64,000 nt of DNA, from NCBI GenBank assembly GCA_014894455.1, contig JADBLN010000057.1, positions 2,003-66,002 on the forward strand. The letters are read 5' to 3'. This document shows, in pieces, positions 34,934-44,044 of the stretch. Source of the DNA: Acidobacteriota bacterium. Lineage in GTDB: Bacteria; Acidobacteriota; Aminicenantia; Aminicenantales; Saccharicenantaceae. Numbering within the stretch: the first letter of the stretch is position 1; each line of letters begins with the position of its first letter. The notes below the pieces were generated by a model. That model saw only the letters and a program-made list of their open reading frames with translations, was not told the DNA's origin and did no database searches. The position numbers and the translations under genes are program-made.

Positions 34934-35995
34934 TCAGTTCTGTTGCTTGCCTTTGATCGGGACGAATTCGATGCTGTACTTCCTGATGTGGGGAAAGGGC
35001 TCCCAGAATTCCATGTAAACGTTACCCTGACCGTCGATACGGGCCATCCTGCCGTTCTTATCTTTGATGTATTCGCGGGTGTCAAAGCTGATAAGCCACG
35101 TGCCGTGTTCGTCGAAGACATCGAAACAGTAGGTGTACGGCTTGGCCCTTCTATCGAGCATGACATGGAAGATCTTTCCGTCCGGAAACGTATCGATATC
35201 CAGTGTCATCACCGGCGAATCCGGCAGGCCTTCATAGCTGATCCGAGGCGGTTTCCAACCGGGCAGGTTCCTGCCGAATCGATGGATCAACTCACCCTTT
35301 GGTGTGAATTCGCGGATGTCATAAGGAATGCAGAATGAATAGAGAATGTTCCCACGCGGATTTAGACACATCTCGCCGTTTCCCCCGACCCGCCCTATCC
35401 ATTCTGCCAGCTCGTTGGTCGGACAAAAGGACGCCAGGAGCTTCCCGTCGGGGAAATGATATTTTTGAACCTCATATTCGCTTGTGTCGACCAGTCCTCC
35501 CGTCATATAGAGGCTTCCCCCTCGGTCCACGGCAATTGATCCGGGGTACGTCTTGATCGTCATCGTATCGACGCAGTTGCCCGCCTGATCGATCTTCACG
35601 ATTCTCCGGGAAGTCATGTCGGCGATGATTAGATCTCCGTTCGGACCTATAGCAAATCCGAGCGGACGTTCGAACTCTCCCGGGCCTTGTCCCTTCTTGA
35701 GCTGATAAGCCTTGAGGTATTGACCCGTCGGGGAAAAGACCTTTATCACCATTTCCCTGCGGTCGAGGGCATAGACGTTGTCGGCGGCATCGATCCGAAG
35801 GTCGTTGATGCCGGTGAACATGCAGGGATCGTTCGCAAGATCCTCAGAACCTATCCGCAGGAGTTCTTTGACCTCGACTCTATAAAGGCCCTTCCAGGCC
35901 TCCGTGTCACTCGATTTGATTCCCGAGCGGCAAGATGAAGCCGTCAGCACGACGAATATTATTGCCAGAAAAACCCGCAATATTCGCTTTTGCAT
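34934..35995 (-). CDS. 6-bladed beta-propeller lipoprotein (NHL-like)
   Basis: 353 aa from the ATG at 35995 (SD GAGGAGG). It has lipobox LTASSC and blade motif VFSPTGQYLKAYQLKKGQGPGEFERP. The GC content is visibly lower than in the flanks. Confidence 0.75.
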   Translation of the reverse strand: MQKRILRVFLAIIFVVLTASSCRSGIKSSDTEAWKGLYRVEVKELLRIGSEDLANDPCMFTGINDLRIDAADNVYALDRREMVIKVFSPTGQYLKAYQLKKGQGPGEFERPLGFAIGPNGDLIIADMTSRRIVKIDQAGNCVDTMTIKTYPGSIAVDRGGSLYMTGGLVDTSEYEVQKYHFPDGKLLASFCPTNELAEWIGRVGGNGEMCLNPRGNILYSFCIPYDIREFTPKGELIHRFGRNLPGWKPPRISYEGLPDSPVMTLDIDTFPDGKIFHVMLDRRAKPYTYCFDVFDEHGTWLISFDTREYIKDKNGRMARIDGQGNVYMEFWEPFPHIRKYSIEFVPIKGKQQN

Positions 35996-36104
35996 GGGCC
36001 CTCCTCTTGCTAACTTCTCTCCCTGCCCATTTGGACTGAGTTCATGAGCAGTTTCTTCCATCCATTATTCTCCCCTGGAGAAGGCCAGGTTCCGGGCCAG
36101 ATTC

Positions 36105-37280
36105 TCACTCCATTCCGACCCAAATCGCGCCCTTGGCCGAGCTCTCGACGCATTTCTCGATGTACTTGACGCCCTGGACGCCTTCCTCGACGCCGGGGAA
36201 GTCGAGGTCGTCGGCCGTGAGCGCTTCTCCCCGGAGCTTCTTGGCCAGGGCCGTGATGAAGGTCGAGTAGATGTTGGCGAATCCTTCGAAATAACCTTCG
36301 GGGTGGCCCGATGGGAGGCGCGACAGGCTTTGGGCCCGCGGCGACATCGGGTCGCGGCCGCGCGAAAGGAACCCGATCGGCCGGTCGAGGAACGAGACGC
36401 GGGCTGTGTTCGGCGTTTCTTGGAACCACTCAACGGCGCCCTTGGTGCCGTAGATACGGAGGCGGAGGGCGTTGTCGTGGCCGGGGGCGACCTGGGAGCT
36501 CCAGTAGACGCCCGTGGCACCGCCCTTGAAGTTGACCATGACCGTGGCGTTGTCGTCGAGGGGGCGGCCGGGGCCGAACCTGTCCAGGCGGGCGCAGAGC
36601 GACTCGATGACGAGTCCGGTCATGTGGCCGACCATGAACTCGATGTGACTGCCGATGTCGCCGACGCAGTTGGAGGCGCCGGCGAGCTTGGGGTCGGTCC
36701 GCCAAGCGGCCTGCTTTTGCCCGGTTTCCTCGAGCTTCGTCGCCAGCCATTCCTGGGGATACTCGCCGTTGACGAAGCGGATTTCGCCGAGCTCGCCCCG
36801 GGCGATGATGTCCCTGATGTGTTTGACCATGGGGTAGCCCGAGTAAGCGTAGGTGACGCAGAAGAGGATGTCTTTTTCGCGGACGAGTCGGGCCAGGTCC
36901 GCGGCGTCGCTGGAGCTCGTGGCCAGCGGTTTTTCGCAGACGACGGCGAAACCGTGGTCGAGGGCCAGCTTCGCCGCGGCGTAGTGAGTGCTGTTGGGGG
37001 TGACGACGCTGATGAAGTCCGGCCGGTCGGGGCGTCCGGCCTCGGTTTGGATCATGTCTTCGAAAGTCCGGTAGAGGCGCTCCCGGGGAAGCCCGACGGT
37101 GTCGCCGGTAGCCAGGGTATTATCGTAGCTCTGGGAGAAGGCGCCGCAGACGATCTCCGCCTTGCCGTCCATGGCGACGGCCTTGCGGTGGACGCCGCCG
37201 ATGAAGGCGCCTTGGCCGCCGCCGACCATGCCGTAGCGGAGCTTCGGCGTTTTTGTTCCCGATGTTTGTCCTTCGATCAT
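36105..37280 (-). CDS. Gfo/Idh/MocA-family oxidoreductase (cytoplasmic)
   Basis: 391 aa with Rossmann start LRYGMVGGGQGAFIG and conserved VVCEKPL. No signal peptide is present. Confidence 0.88.
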   Translation of the reverse strand: MIEGQTSGTKTPKLRYGMVGGGQGAFIGGVHRKAVAMDGKAEIVCGAFSQSYDNTLATGDTVGLPRERLYRTFEDMIQTEAGRPDRPDFISVVTPNSTHYAAAKLALDHGFAVVCEKPLATSSSDAADLARLVREKDILFCVTYAYSGYPMVKHIRDIIARGELGEIRFVNGEYPQEWLATKLEETGQKQAAWRTDPKLAGASNCVGDIGSHIEFMVGHMTGLVIESLCARLDRFGPGRPLDDNATVMVNFKGGATGVYWSSQVAPGHDNALRLRIYGTKGAVEWFQETPNTARVSFLDRPIGFLSRGRDPMSPRAQSLSRLPSGHPEGYFEGFANIYSTFITALAKKLRGEALTADDLDFPGVEEGVQGVKYIEKCVESSAKGAIWVGME

Positions 37281-37301
37281 GCCGTTCCTCCCTCCCGATT
37301 C

Positions 37302-37354
37302 AAGAGGGGGTCAAACCTACCTTTTGCAGCAAAAGGTAGGTTTGACCCCCTCTT
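37302..37354. repeat. 53-bp perfect palindrome (two 26-nt arms around A37328)
   Basis: AAGAGGGGGTCAAACCTACCTTTTGC-A-GCAAAAGGTAGGTTTGACCCCCTCTT. It lies 9 nt after the HEAT-gene stop and 21 nt before the Gfo start at 37280. All 26 arm positions were checked pair by pair. Confidence 0.9.
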
Positions 37355-37363
37355 TGGCTCACC

Positions 37364-39346
37364 CTAGGGCGTGCGGCGGCCGAGCGCCTGGCGGATGCGG
37401 TCGGCGGCCAGCTTGGCTTCTTCAGCGACGGCTGAGTCGGCCAGGAGCGACTGGGCCGTCTTCAGCGCCGTGACGCAGGGGAAGCGGACGAGCATCGCCA
37501 GGACGAGCTTTTTTTCCTCCGAACGCGGAGATAAGGATAGGAGCTTGAGAAGATCGCTGGCGGCCCCCTCGGGCCCTCGATACGGCTCGAGGCCGACCAT
37601 GCGGATGAAGGCGCGGATGGCCAGGACACGGTGGCTGAGGACGAGCGAGGTCCGGGCGACCTCGTAGACGTCGTCCCGAGCAGCCGGGGTCGGCCAATCG
37701 ACGAGGGCGCGGACAGCCGCGTCGACCACGGTCTCGTCCGGGTCCGCGAGGGCGGCCCGGATCTGGGTCAGGCCGGTGTCGTCGCCGATCTTGCCCAGGA
37801 CGCGGAGGAGGTCCGCCTTTTTCTTAGGGTCTTTTTCCGAGGCCAGGAGGGCCTTGACGGCCCCGGCGCGGCTGAGTTCCCTCGGGTTGGTGCGAGCGAC
37901 CGCGGCGACGGTGTCCCGCATCGACTCACGGGCGGTTTCGTCTTCGAGGCCGAGAAGCAGTCCGAGGAGGTCGGGAATGTCTGCTGTCCCGGCGATATCG
38001 CGGAGCGCGGCCGCCGCCTTGGCCTTGAGCACGGGCGGAGAGGACTTGACCATGTCCATGAGCGCGGGCTTGGCGCCGGCGATGCGGCGCTCGCCCGCCG
38101 TCCGGACGAGCTCGGCCCTGACCGCGTCGTCGGACGTCTTGGGGATATAGGCCAGGATTGCGGCATCGACCTCGGCGCCCTTGAGCCGGGCCAGCGTCTC
38201 CCGCGCGGCGTTCTGCTCGGCGCCGGACGCCCTGGCGGCCTTGGTCGCCAGGAACGCGACCGACTTCGCGTCGCCGGCCTTGCCGATGGACCGGAGCGCG
38301 GCCAGTCTCATGTCGAGGGACGCATTTTCCGCGGCCGAGAGGAGGTAGGGGCCGACGACGTCGGCGGGATAGCCGGCGAAGACAGCAATGAGCTGGACCC
38401 GGGCCTCGACGGGAAGCCGGTCGAAAGATTCGGCCACCTTCCCGATCTCCCCTGGCCCGAAATTCGCCGGGACCATGGCGATCGCCGGGGCGAAGAGGAC
38501 GGCGTCCTTGCCGGCGAGAGCTTTCAAGATGAGGTCTTTCCCGCCGCCTCCGCCCGCCGCTTCGATCTTCCCCTTGAACGCGGCCTGCCGCATGACCGGG
38601 GGAAGATCCGCGGCGAAGAGCTTGTCGTAGATGGCCGCGGCCCCCGGGTCATTTTCGGCCGCGAGGAGAAGGGCTGATGCCGCTTCGAGCTTGAGCGGTG
38701 GGCCGGCCTTGCCGAGCGTCGCAACGAGCGTGCGGACGGCTTCGGGGCCGCCGACCTTGCCCAGGGCCTTGACGGCGTCCGCGGCCGACGAGAGGTCCTT
38801 GCCGCCGGCTAGACGCTCGAGCGTCGGGACCGCCGCGGCCGACTTTCGCTCCCCGAGCGAGAAGACGATACCCCGCCGGACGTCGCCCTGGGATTTGTCC
38901 AACGCGGCGACGAGCGCCCGGTCGGCCTCGTTGCCCGGGATCCTTTCGAGAGCGAAACGGGCCGCGTCCGTCGTCTCCGGCTTGAGGACGAGCGCCGCGA
39001 GAGCGGGCGCCGAATCCGGGCCGCCGATGAGCCGCAGCGCCCGGCAAGCCGCCATCAGCCCGCCCGGCGCGGGCGAGCCCTGGATGAAGCGGAGCAACCC
39101 GGCCTCGGTTTCCCGGCGGGCCTGAGGGTCGCCCTTATGCGAGAAGACATAGGCCCGGAGCCGCGTCAGCGCCCCGACGCCTTGGGCGAAGTCGTAAGTC
39201 TGGAGGTCTTTGAGGATGGCCTCGAGCGATTCGGAAGGCGCCCCGGCCGTCGCCGCCTGCGGGCCGGCCGCGGCGGCGGCCGCGATCCCCAGAAACGCGA
39301 AAAGGAGGAGGGCCGAGAACGCGATCTGTTTCTTCCTCTTTATCAT
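37364..39346 (-). CDS. secreted HEAT-repeat protein
   Basis: 660 aa from the ATG at 39346, with signal peptide MIKRKKQIAFSALLLFAFLGIAAAAAA. An Ala/Leu-rich helical-repeat pattern (..A..ALG.IG.P.A...L) recurs throughout. No CXXCH motif is present. Confidence 0.7.
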   Translation of the reverse strand: MIKRKKQIAFSALLLFAFLGIAAAAAAGPQAATAGAPSESLEAILKDLQTYDFAQGVGALTRLRAYVFSHKGDPQARRETEAGLLRFIQGSPAPGGLMAACRALRLIGGPDSAPALAALVLKPETTDAARFALERIPGNEADRALVAALDKSQGDVRRGIVFSLGERKSAAAVPTLERLAGGKDLSSAADAVKALGKVGGPEAVRTLVATLGKAGPPLKLEAASALLLAAENDPGAAAIYDKLFAADLPPVMRQAAFKGKIEAAGGGGGKDLILKALAGKDAVLFAPAIAMVPANFGPGEIGKVAESFDRLPVEARVQLIAVFAGYPADVVGPYLLSAAENASLDMRLAALRSIGKAGDAKSVAFLATKAARASGAEQNAARETLARLKGAEVDAAILAYIPKTSDDAVRAELVRTAGERRIAGAKPALMDMVKSSPPVLKAKAAAALRDIAGTADIPDLLGLLLGLEDETARESMRDTVAAVARTNPRELSRAGAVKALLASEKDPKKKADLLRVLGKIGDDTGLTQIRAALADPDETVVDAAVRALVDWPTPAARDDVYEVARTSLVLSHRVLAIRAFIRMVGLEPYRGPEGAASDLLKLLSLSPRSEEKKLVLAMLVRFPCVTALKTAQSLLADSAVAEEAKLAADRIRQALGRRTP

Positions 39347-39357
39347 TTTCGGCCTTC

Positions 39358-40701
39358 TTATTCCAGCAGCTGCCAGGGTTTGCGGTACGAGTGGCCGAGG
39401 AGCCGCTCCGCCTCGGGGTCGCCGATAATGGTCTCGGTGGCCGGGTCCCATTTTATCTTCCGGCCGACCTCCATGGCAATGACGCCGAGATGACCGACGC
39501 TTGCTGAGCGGTGGGCCGTCTCGGCCGGCGCGATCGTCTTGGACCGGCTGCGGACGCAGTCGAGGAAGTTCTGGTAATGGTCACGGCTCTTGGTGAGGCG
39601 CACCTCTCCGGGCCCGATGACCTCACGCTTCAGGCTCGCGGGCTCGGCCTCGAATTGACCGCGGTCGACCCAGATCCAGCCGTGCTCGCCGATCCATTTC
39701 GTGCCGCTCCAGATCTCGTCGTGGCCGCCGGCCAGGACCATGGGTGTCCCGTCGGCGTACTTGGCCTTGACGTAGTAACGGGTCGGGCTGTTGTAGATGC
39801 CCGACGTCGGGAACTCGCCGGTCGCTTCGATCTCGACGGGGCCGGTCTCGTCCCAGCCCATGCCCCAGTGGGCGATGTCGAGATGATGGCCGATCCAATC
39901 CATGTACTGGCCGCCGCCGAAGTCCATGTTCCAGCGCCAGTTCATGTGGACGCGGGCCTTGCAGTAGGGCCACCAGAGCGCCGGGCCGAGCCAGAATTCG
40001 TAGTCGAGGTTCGCCGGCGGAGCGACGAGCGCCTCCTGGCCGAAGGTCCCGGCGAAGTCGTAGTGCCCCGAGGGGAGCCCGACCTCGATCCGCTTGACCT
40101 TGCCGATGCGGCCGTTGCGAACGAGCTCCGAGGCCTGGTGGAAGTTCTCGACGGAGCGCTGCCAGGAACCCGTCTGCCAGACGCGGCCGTAGCGCTCGAC
40201 GGCGTCGCAGAGGGCCCGGCCCTCGCGCAGGTTGTGGGTCAGCGGTTTCTCGCCGTAGACGTCGAGGCCGGACCGGAGCGCGGAGATGGCCAGGATGGCG
40301 TGCCAGTGGTCGGGGACGGCGATGGAGACGGCGTCGAGGTCCTTGCGGAGGAAGAGCTCGCGGAAGTCGTGATAGGTCGCGCAGGATTTATTGCCGTACT
40401 TCTTGTTAACCATGTCCCGGGCCATGGCCAGCGGCTCGGTATCGAGGTCGCAGACGGCGGCCCACTGGACCTCGGACTTCTCGAGGAAGCTCGACATGTT
40501 GCCCGGCCCCATCATGCCGAAGCCGATACCGGCCATGACGATCCGGTTCGATGGAGCGACGGTCCCGTCCTTGCCCAGGGCGGAGGCCTTGACGATCGTC
40601 GGGAACCCGGCGATCCCGGCCGCGGCGGCCCCGCCGGCGACGGCGACTGTCTTGAGGAAATGCCTCCGGTTCATTTTCTTATTCACGTTTTTTCCCCTCA
40701 T
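39358..40701 (-). CDS. Tat-exported Gfo/Idh/MocA-family oxidoreductase
   Basis: 447 aa with Tat motif NRRHFLKTVAVAGGAAAAG and conserved VYGEKPL. An SD GGAGGAAG lies 5 nt upstream of the ATG at 40701. Confidence 0.88.
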   Translation of the reverse strand: MRGKNVNKKMNRRHFLKTVAVAGGAAAAGIAGFPTIVKASALGKDGTVAPSNRIVMAGIGFGMMGPGNMSSFLEKSEVQWAAVCDLDTEPLAMARDMVNKKYGNKSCATYHDFRELFLRKDLDAVSIAVPDHWHAILAISALRSGLDVYGEKPLTHNLREGRALCDAVERYGRVWQTGSWQRSVENFHQASELVRNGRIGKVKRIEVGLPSGHYDFAGTFGQEALVAPPANLDYEFWLGPALWWPYCKARVHMNWRWNMDFGGGQYMDWIGHHLDIAHWGMGWDETGPVEIEATGEFPTSGIYNSPTRYYVKAKYADGTPMVLAGGHDEIWSGTKWIGEHGWIWVDRGQFEAEPASLKREVIGPGEVRLTKSRDHYQNFLDCVRSRSKTIAPAETAHRSASVGHLGVIAMEVGRKIKWDPATETIIGDPEAERLLGHSYRKPWQLLE

Positions 40702-40729
40702 GGGACTTCCTCCGTTTTGCCGTGGCGCC

Positions 40730-42022
40730 TCAGACGAGCGGCGTTTTCCCCGGGACGGCGACGGGCTCGACCGGAAGCGGCCCGAACTCGAATTTCGCCG
40801 GCGTCAGGTCGAGCTTGGAGGCGTTCATGGCCCAATCCCAGGAGATCGCCCGGCCGGTGTAAGCGCTCATCCGGCCCATGATGGCGCAGAGGGTGCTTTC
40901 GGCGACGCGTTTGCCTTCGTTGAGCGGCTTCCCGGCGCGGATGCCGGCGATGAGATCGGTGTGCTCTTGGACGTAGGGATTGATTTCGTCGCCTTCGAAC
41001 TTCCAGGCGTTCGGCCCGGAGATCTCGCCGTAGCCCATGCCCGAACCCTTCGTGCCGACGATCTTTTCCTCGACGCGGTCGCTGCATCCCGGCGTCTGGC
41101 GGCACATGCTCATGACGCGGGCGCCGCTCGGGTACTCGAACTCGACGGCGAAGTGGTCGAAGATGTTGCCGTATTCAGGCGCGGTCCGGACCTGGCGGCC
41201 GCCCATGCCCATGACCTTGACAGGAGTCGCGCCGAAAGCCCAGTTCATAACGTCGATGTTGTGGACGTGCTGTTCGACGATGTGGTCGCCCGAAAGCCAG
41301 GTGAAGTAGAGCCAGTTCCGGCACTGCCATTCCATGTCGGTCATCTGCGGCGTCTGCTTGACGACCCAAAGCTCGCCCTGGTTCCAGTAGCACTGGCCGC
41401 CGACGACCTCGCCGATGGCCCCGCCGTGGATCCGTTTCATGAGCTCGATGTAGCGGGCCTGGTGGCGGCGCTGGGTGCCGGCGACGATGGCCAGGCCTTT
41501 CTCGCGGGCCAGTTCCGAGCTGGCGATGACGGACCGGACACCGAGCGGATCGACGGCCACCGGCTTCTCCATGAAGACGTGCTTACCCGCTTCGACGGCC
41601 GCCTTGAGGTGCAGGGGCCGGAAGCCGGGCGGCGCGGCGGTAACGATGAGGTCGACCTCGGGCAGAGCGCAGACTTTCTTGTAGGCGTCGAAGCCCGTGA
41701 AGCACTTATCGGGAGTGACCTTGACCTTGTTCGCGTGTTTTTCCTTGAGCCGGGCGAGCGAGCTCTGGACGCGGTCGGGGAAGAGGTCGGCCAGGGCCAC
41801 GACCTCGACGCCGGGCGCGGCGTCCATGCAGTCGATGGCCGCGCCCGTGCCCCGGCCGCCGCAGGCGACGACGCCGACGCGGACGGTGTCTGCGCCGGCG
41901 GCGAAGAGGCCTCCGGAGCCTGAAACGGCCGCGGCGAGCGAAGCCATGGAGGCGACCGAGGTCGTCTTGATGAAGTCCCGTCTGGTCATGCCGAAGATGG
42001 TGTCTTTCTTTTCGTTGGTCAT
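40730..42022 (-). CDS. Tat-exported Gfo/Idh/MocA-family oxidoreductase
   Basis: 430 aa from the ATG at 42022. The SD AAGGAGAG sits inside the track's TTG-42040 extension. It has Tat motif MTRRDFIKTTSVASMASLAAA, Rossmann VRVGVVACGGRG and conserved VFMEKPV. Confidence 0.88.
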   Translation of the reverse strand: MTNEKKDTIFGMTRRDFIKTTSVASMASLAAAVSGSGGLFAAGADTVRVGVVACGGRGTGAAIDCMDAAPGVEVVALADLFPDRVQSSLARLKEKHANKVKVTPDKCFTGFDAYKKVCALPEVDLIVTAAPPGFRPLHLKAAVEAGKHVFMEKPVAVDPLGVRSVIASSELAREKGLAIVAGTQRRHQARYIELMKRIHGGAIGEVVGGQCYWNQGELWVVKQTPQMTDMEWQCRNWLYFTWLSGDHIVEQHVHNIDVMNWAFGATPVKVMGMGGRQVRTAPEYGNIFDHFAVEFEYPSGARVMSMCRQTPGCSDRVEEKIVGTKGSGMGYGEISGPNAWKFEGDEINPYVQEHTDLIAGIRAGKPLNEGKRVAESTLCAIMGRMSAYTGRAISWDWAMNASKLDLTPAKFEFGPLPVEPVAVPGKTPLV

Positions 42023-42041
42023 GTTCTCTCCTTTTTTCAAT

Positions 42042-43082
42042 TTAGAAGGCGTCGGCGGCGCGGTAGGCTTCGAGGAGGGCCTTTTCGCCCTCGAGGCCGG
42101 CCTTGCTCTTGCCGTGCTCGAGGCAGAGGACCCCCTGGTAGCCCTTGCCGTGGATGTGCTTGAAGATATTCCGGTAGTTCATCTCGCCCGTGCCCGGCTC
42201 ATTCCGTCCCGGCGAGTCGCCGACGTGGAAGGCCGCGAGCTCGTCCCAACAGGCGTCGATGTTGGGGATGATGTTGCCCTCGGTGATTTGCTGATGGTAC
42301 ATGTCGTCGAGGATCTTGACGGACGGGCTCCCGACGGCGCGGCAGATCTGGAAGGCCTGGGCCACCTTGGTCAGAAAGAGGCCGGGGTGGTCCTTGGGGT
42401 TGAGCGGTTCGAGGACGATGACGAGGCCCGACGGCTCGCACAGCCCGGCGAACCGCTTGAGGTTCTCGACGACGTTGGCCGTCTGGTAGTCCCAGTCGAG
42501 GCTCTCGTCGTAGCGGCCGGGGACGGCCAGGGCCCACGTGCAGCCGGTCCGCCGGCCCGTTTCGACGGCTGTCTTGAACCGTCCGGCGAGCATGTCGAGG
42601 ACGGCCGCATCCCGGGTGACGAAGGATTTGACCTTGAAGTCGGCGTAGACGACGAACGGGCCGATCGTCAGGCCGAAGCGGGCGGATTCCTTGGCCAGAG
42701 CCTCCTGCTCGGCGGGAGGCCGGCCCATCAATCCGTTGTCGAACCAGGCCTTGAAGCCCTGGTCGGCGATGAACTTGAGCTGGTCGGCGGGAGCCTTCCC
42801 GGCGTGGGCCTCGAACATCCCCAGCCCCGGCGCGTACTTGAGCTTGAAGCCGGCGCCGCCGGCCGCCGTGGGCTTGGCCTGGCCGGACCCGCGAAACGGC
42901 GACATGGATACGGCCGCCGCCCCGAGAGCTGCGGTCTTGAGGAAACCCCTCCTCGTCAAGGGCTGAGCCTTCGGCTCACCACTCGCCCGTGGCTCATATC
43001 TACGGGCGAGTACGGCGGAAGTGGATCCCCCGGGCAAGCCCGGGGCCCCGGCCGCCGTCGAGCGGTTGTCTCGATTTCCCAT
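42042..43082 (-). CDS. Tat-exported xylose-isomerase-like TIM-barrel protein (sugar isomerase/epimerase family)
   Basis: 346 aa from the ATG at 43082 (SD GAGGAGG). The Tat motif LTRRGFLKTAALGAAAV follows a long n-region. Family-typical segments VIVLEPLNPKD and CLEHG are present. Confidence 0.8.
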   Translation of the reverse strand: MGNRDNRSTAAGAPGLPGGSTSAVLARRYEPRASGEPKAQPLTRRGFLKTAALGAAAVSMSPFRGSGQAKPTAAGGAGFKLKYAPGLGMFEAHAGKAPADQLKFIADQGFKAWFDNGLMGRPPAEQEALAKESARFGLTIGPFVVYADFKVKSFVTRDAAVLDMLAGRFKTAVETGRRTGCTWALAVPGRYDESLDWDYQTANVVENLKRFAGLCEPSGLVIVLEPLNPKDHPGLFLTKVAQAFQICRAVGSPSVKILDDMYHQQITEGNIIPNIDACWDELAAFHVGDSPGRNEPGTGEMNYRNIFKHIHGKGYQGVLCLEHGKSKAGLEGEKALLEAYRAADAF

Positions 43083-43268
43083 GGATACCCTCCTCACCCG
43101 AATTCCGGGGCGGCGAAAGGACAGACTCCGAAAACGGGATCTAATTTTTTTACGCCCACGACACCGAGATTCTATTAAAAGGAGGGGGCTAATTCAACCG
43201 TGATGAAAAAAAGGGGGGATTTGACCCGGGCCGGGGCATGGCCTACACTGGGGAAGAGAGTGTCGCGC

Positions 43269-43832
43269 ATGAAACCATGGATAGCGATTCTTTTTATGAC
43301 CATCGCCGCCGGCGTGGCCGCGAAGGCCCGGCGGACGAGGTCCGCATCGTCCACGGGGAGTTTGCCCGGGACCAAGCTCCTCGAGGTCGTCCTCTCCGTC
43401 GACATCCAGAGATACCTCGGCACGTGGTACGAGATCGCGACCATCCCCCAGCGTTTCCAGAAGGGCTGCGTTGGCGTCACGGCCCATTACTCGCTCCGCG
43501 ACGACGGGGATATCGATGTTATCAACACCTGCCGCAAGGAGACGCTCGACGGTCCGGAGCGCTCGGTCCGCGGCAAGGCCTGGATCGTGGATAAGACAAC
43601 CAACGCCAAACTCAAGGTCCGTTTCTTCTGGCCTTTCGCCGGCGCCTACTGGATCATCGAGCTCGACAAGGACTATCAGTGGGCCGTCGTCGGCCATCCC
43701 AACCGGAGCTACCTCTGGATCCTCAGCCGGACGCCGCAGATGGACGGGGCGGTCTACGAGGAGCTCCTCCGCCGGATCGCGGCCAAAGGCTACGACCTGA
43801 GCAAGATCAAAAAGACCCTCCAGCCCTCATAA
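43269..43832 (+). CDS. blc: bacterial lipocalin (Blc-like)
   Basis: 187 aa from the ATG at 43269, with a signal peptide. The lipocalin signature reads DIQRYLGTWYEIATIPQRFQKGC. Confidence 0.85.
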   Translation: MKPWIAILFMTIAAGVAAKARRTRSASSTGSLPGTKLLEVVLSVDIQRYLGTWYEIATIPQRFQKGCVGVTAHYSLRDDGDIDVINTCRKETLDGPERSVRGKAWIVDKTTNAKLKVRFFWPFAGAYWIIELDKDYQWAVVGHPNRSYLWILSRTPQMDGAVYEELLRRIAAKGYDLSKIKKTLQPS

Positions 43833-43937
43833 AACCCTACTAAAATAGTAGGAAATAGGACAGGGGCCGTACCCCTTTTCGGACATCCTCTGGTTCCCGT
43901 TCCAGGTCACTAACCCGCTCCCTCCCGCCGGGCATCT

Positions 43938-43953
43938 TGGCATGAAACTTGCA
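43938..43953 (+). promoter_or_regulatory. near-consensus sigma-54 promoter (TGGCAT-N5-TTGCA)
   Basis: TGGCATGAAACTTGCA matches TGGCAC-N5-TTGCW with one mismatch and correct GG/GC spacing. It lies about 90 nt upstream of the ATG at 44045. A 17-bp palindrome CCTACTAAAATAGTAGG lies about 100 nt further upstream (43836-43852). Confidence 0.6.
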
Positions 43954-44044
43954 GTATTTTTCGAGTGGCAAGCATAAAGCAAGCCAATGAGATTCAGCGG
44001 CACTTCAGGGAAAATGAAGGCTGCAAGGCAGAAAGGAGACCTCG

